A stretch of 63,808 nucleotides of DNA, the filler included, from Nemertoderma westbladi (lineage: Eukaryota > Animalia > Xenacoelomorpha), in the NCBI GenBank assembly GCA_032718475.1. It is 3 parts of 3 records of this genome, joined end to end, with 100 filler letters (N's around TTAATTAATTAA, not from the genome) between each part and the next. Parts side by side here need not be neighbours in the genome. Positions count along the whole stretch, not along the records: positions 54,356 to 63,808 come from JAUCBJ010006751.1; 2 more parts are not named here. The stretch is one strand, 5' to 3'. A model generated the notes under the pieces. The model had not been told where the DNA came from, searched no databases, and worked only from the letters and a program-made list of their open reading frames with translations. The position numbers were made by a program, and so were the translations under genes. This document shows positions 59,238-63,808 of this stretch, one piece after another. Position 1 is the stretch's first letter. Each line of letters opens with the position of its first letter.

Positions 59238-61250
59238 AGTAGTAGGGTCTTGGGCGGCTTTGTGACAGTTAGACCCAACTGACTGGCGCCAAACTGTCTG
59301 GGTGACACCCAATGACATCCTATGGGTGTCATTGGCGCCAGACTGTCTGGGTGACACCTCTTATTAGGTTAATTAGACCCTAATTGACAGGTGTCATCAA
59401 TTAATTAGTACAACTAAACCCTAATAGGTGTCTTACGACTCCTAATTAGAGTTTAATTGATTATCCTAATTAATCAATCCGATACGCAATGGTGTCAGTG
59501 TTGTCTAACTGTCACCTAGAGGGCCAAGAGGGTGTCATAAGTGACACCGCAGCTCTTTATTTATTAATACTTATTTATTTGTATGTACTTAATTTTAATT
59601 AATTATTTGTATTTAATTTTACTTTATTTATTTGTATTTAATTTTAAATTAATTATTTATTTGTACTTTATTTTAAATTAATTAATTGTATTACTTTTAC
59701 TTTATACATTGATTTCTATTTTAAAATTAATTAGTTTTTATATTACTAATGACGTCATTATGACATAATGTCTATATTTAGCTCTATGGTTTATAGATGC
59801 AATACCGTTAACTTTATAATCTTTCCTCTCGCGACCCCTTTGTCTTCGTTATTCAATGGCGCCACTCTGGCTACCATTGAATAACATTGGGCAAACTTTA
59901 TCTCGCCTCATATGACATTATCAAAGCTGCTCTCTGATTGGTTTAATTATACATTATTTTCTCCCTCCTATCCCCCGATTGGCTATCCCATTCTATCCCC
60001 TCTATAATAGCCACCCATTCACCGCATTCCCATTCATTGTATCATTGTTTTCATGAAAAGTTTTAATTATTTTCTTAAAAGTAATTATTTATTTTTATTT
60101 CCTAAATGAGTTACCAGTACACATTCACGATGGCACATTCAGAAATCAGCTATTCAAACAACGATTTGGTTTGCAACGAAAATCAGTTTATGCTACTAGA
60201 CAACTCGTTTGGTCTATATTTCGATTCGGCTTTCCGTTAATGATAAATACAACCTTAAACCAACCCATCCCGATTCCGGCAAACTATGCGCACTTTATAT
60301 TCCGCGCCTGCTACGAACTTCACGATGGACAATATCAAACCCTCGACGACAATAAACTTCATTCCTCCAACCACGGTTTCAAACTTTGAAAAAGGTGACA
60401 ACAAAATAACGTTCAATCTAATTACTTCGCCCGATACATTTACAATTCCAACTAGTATAGTCGATTTTATTCGAGAAAACATCAACCAAGACGTCACAAA
60501 TCGTTTACTGGGTTTAACCACTCTCGTAACCTCCTTCTTCTCCGATGACCGCTTATTCGATTTTCATAGTATTGCAATCTCGATTCTTCTTCTCATCTGG
60601 AACTTGTCGACTCCAACCGTGGAAGAGGAGACTCGTTTCTTTAAACTTTTTGACAAGGATGTTCTCGCTTTCGGCGAGAAATTGAATGAGCTCACTTGCT
60701 TTTTCGCCAATAAAGTCTCCTATTACTTTGGGTTCAATTATAGAGTTAGCACCTATGGAAGTATTAACCCTGTGATACCACTCGAGTTAATAAGGCTGGA
60801 AGACACTGTAAACAGTTGATGGATCACCTTTTCCGTCGTCTGCGCCAATTTATTACAACAATATGTAAACATCTGTCGCCCTTTTATTAACCCTACTACT
60901 CACCTTCTCCTAAAACCAGGCGATTGGGTTGCTTTTGACTATTGCACTTTTGGGTTTGGTACAAATATTCGGAACGAGCGCAATTTAGCGATCACCAATG
61001 GCTACGAGGTTGACAATGGAAAAGCTATTGTTTCTTCTAGAGGCATGATTCTTCTTACATCAACCGAGGTCGGCGAATTGAAATGGTTCAATTCAACCAT
61101 CGAGGATAGTGAATGTGTCTGCTACGATGAACTTAACGTCTACAAAGACAACATTTCCGAGCGAATATCGATACAAAGTTGTATCAGTGATTCAGAATTT
61201 GATTTACACATCACCGAGATGAACTTTAATGAATCCTTTACTATTTTTTT
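59238..61250 (+). mobile_element. Terminus and first gene of a putative Polinton/Maverick-like element (cassette B; inner boundary unknown)
   Basis: Starts AGTAGTAGGG..CTTTGTGACAGTTAGACCC; nested inverted repeats 59262-59515; promoter homologous to cassette A. Confidence 0.55.
59990..60100 (+). promoter_or_regulatory. TATA plus initiator-like core promoter and leader shared with 25125-25230
   Basis: TATAATAG at 60003-60010; TCACCGCATTCCCATTCATT at 60019-60038; two ATTGG (reverse CCAAT) boxes upstream. Confidence 0.7.
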
Positions 61251-61302
61251 TTTTTTAATTAAATACACCATATTATCAAATCAAAGTGTGAAAATAAACT
61301 GA
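60106..61302 (+). pseudogene. Disrupted intronless gene of unknown function (roughly 390 codons)
   Basis: ATG at 60106; stops or frameshifts at about 60238-60258; 60286-61302 is one frame with a single internal TGA (60817-60819). Confidence 0.55.
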
Positions 61303-63808
61303 ACTGAATACTGGAATACGATACCGCCGTTGGTAATACTGAACTTGTACCTACCGGTACCATTTCGTTACTGACTGACTGATTGATTTTTGATATGATA
61401 TGGTCTACTGGTTTAGTTGATTAATATCATAATGTCACTAAGACTAGATTCGTCACTACAACAAGACCGATCCGACGGACCCGATCCATCTGGCCTTCAT
61501 TTGTTGATGCTCCCGGTCCTCAAGAAAGAACTCGGTAAGCTAAATCTAAAAACTAGTGGTAAGAAAGCGCATGTTATAAAATGTTTACAACAGAATATCA
61601 TATCACGCCGCAAATCAGCGCCATACCAAATACCGGTATCCCCACCACATCATCTCTCTGGTAGCGATAACCTTGAAAACACCACTACCAGAGAAGAACG
61701 GAATGAAGAAACCATGAGTGTGGACGACGACATCCACATACACATCCCATCCTCAAAGAGTAATGAAGACTTAAAGGTCGTGACACAAGCAATATCTCGA
61801 ATTAACACACTTGAAATGCAATTAGCCCAAATCCATGAACTTAGACGAGAGGATGCGATCAAACTTAACGGACTTCAAGAACAATTAGATCACTTTATTA
61901 AGACAACAAGGTTTATTAACACTCAGGTAGACAGTACGGCGAACAGAATTACCACCTCAACCAGTAATGTTGATCTCATTGCTAATTCGTCTCCAATTCT
62001 TAACTCCCGCTTAGTTCTACCCAGTAGTTATCCATACCGATCTGCAAGCGAATTTATCGATACTATGGAGCTGGATTCCATTAAGGCAATGAGGGAACAT
62101 TGAATGCCTGCTATTCATGGATAGTAATCGACATCACATAACGACCAAGGGTATCCATAAGTCAGCCAGGATGATTCCCATGGGGACATCGCAGACACTA
62201 CTGACCAATATGGAAAGGGTCACTCGCAAATTCCCTAATATATCAAAAATATATATACAAACTTGCGTACAACCCTTGCGTACACTGTTTTTAAAGATAT
62301 ATTTTTAAAGGCACTTAATACTGTAGCACCTATTAAAGAAATTAGTCTTAAACAACGCACTGAGCCCTGGATGAGCTCGGGTATTCTTAGTAATATCAGA
62401 GAAAGAGATAACTATTTGTATAAATTTAGGAAATACCGTGTTTTAGCTGATTATAATAATTACTGCAAATATAGAAACCTTGTCCAACGGGAAATAAAAA
62501 AAGCTAAATCTGAATATTTGTACAACAAAATAAGTGAGAATAAAGATAATCCTAAAAGTCTATGGTCTACCCTAAAATCTTTAGGTTATAAAAACCTTAA
62601 ATCTAAATCGAATATTGTTCTGCAAGATAACGGTGAGCTGATTCATGATCATACTCTAGTTAGTAATTTATTTAATAATTATTTTACTAATGTTGCCTCT
62701 AATTTAGTTAAGAAGTTTCCGTTATCAAGTAATAAATATAGTATAGGGTCCGAAACTCTAAATAATTTTTATTTAGAAAAGTTACAAAATTCAGAAAAGT
62801 TATTTTTAAAACCCGTTTCGGAGGATTTCGTTTTTCAAAATCTACTTAGCCTATCAGCCTCAAAAAGTACCGGTCTAGACCTAATACCTGCCCGTTTTCT
62901 TAAGGATGGTGCTGAAGTACTTAAAGTGCCTATTACTTTTTTTTTTTTACTCTATCGTAGATAATGTAGTACCAGACGAACTGAAATTAGCTAAGGTTGT
63001 TCCTCTGTATAAAAAGAATAGTAAAGTAGAACCCTGTAATTACAGACCTGTTAGTATCTTAAGTATTGTATCTAAAATTCTAGAACGTTCTGTTTTTCTA
63101 CAGCTGGAAGCACATCTTAGTAGGCTAAATCTGATCTATGAACTTCAGTCCGGTTTTTGTAAATCATATTCTACAGACACCTGCCTTATTAACTTAACTG
63201 ATACAATTAGATGTAATAATGCAAATGGTTTATATACTGGTATGGTAATGTTGGACCTACAAAAGGCTTTCGATACTGTAGATCACGAAATTCTGCTTGG
63301 TAAGTTAGGCCTGATGGGTGTAGGTTCTATAGACTGGTTCAAGTTCTACCTGTCAGACAGAGGTCAAACTGTAGTCATTAGCAAATCGCAGTCTACTGTA
63401 CAAGAGATTACCTGTGGTGTACCGCAAGGTAGTATATTAGGTCCTCTGCTTTTTGTATGCTATGTAAATGATGTGATAAGTAGTATAGATCCCGATTTTA
63501 AACTCATTTTATATGCCGACGACAGTGCTCTTATTTTCTCTCATAAAAATCCTATCCATATTTCCCAAAAGTTAAGTGCAGTTCTAGAATCCTGTAATGA
63601 GTGGTTGGTTGATAATAAGCTATCCATTCACTACGGTAAGACTGAAAGTATGTTGTTTGGTTCCAAAAGAAAGTTAAAGAAGGTAACTAAGTTTGAAGTC
63701 ACTAGTAATGGACATAAGATTGAAAATAAAAAGGAAGTTAAATATTTAGGCGCCACATTGGATAACTGCTTATCAGGAGAAAGTACAGTGAAAAATATTT
63801 TCTCGAAA
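61300..63808 (+). mobile_element. CR1/L2 (Crack-like) LINE: SAP-domain ORF1 and endonuclease-deleted ORF2 RT running off the window
   Basis: ORF1 LKKELGKLNLKTSGKKAHVIKCL (SAP). ORF2 EPWMS, KSTGLDLIP, frameshift in poly-T at about 62940, then NYRPVSIL, QSGF, LDLQKAFDTVDH, GVPQGSILGPLLF, LYADD, KYLG. Confidence 0.88.

Noticed and set aside
25710-59238. Cassettes A and B as the two TIRs of one element enclosing this 33-kb interval
   Set aside because: Both element bodies point away from the interval, their flanking hexamers differ, and the sequences are too divergent for paired TIRs.

Overview
Repeat-rich animal (invertebrate-type) genomic DNA, not prokaryotic. It has two 100-bp scaffold spacers (N44-TTAATTAATTAA-N44) at 22189-22288 and 54256-54355. 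Host genes: the last exon of a FAM20C-like kinase; the last (M4) exon of an anion-type Cys-loop channel; a 5-exon Cys-rich/TM/Pro-Tyr-rich (Shisa/WBP1/CYYR1-like) membrane protein reconstructed by hand across introns inflated by satellites; an intronless MATE-type transporter of a bacterial-looking subfamily; an intronless EFHC1 with no EF-hand tail; and a PPxY-rich terminal exon of a second gene. The rest is mobile DNA (CRE, RTE and CR1/L2 LINEs, two solo LTRs with target-site duplications, several MITEs) and large tandem arrays with 9, 27, 31, 38 and 81 bp units. The most notable unexplained signal is a pair of divergent cassettes (minus strand ending at 25710; plus strand starting at 59238). 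They share an AGTAGTA terminus, a hairpin-rich subterminal region and a homologous TATA/initiator promoter, but drive unrelated intronless ORFs. They are best read as ends of an uncharacterised Polinton/Maverick-like endogenous viral element family. All family assignments come from motif recognition by eye; no database searches were run.
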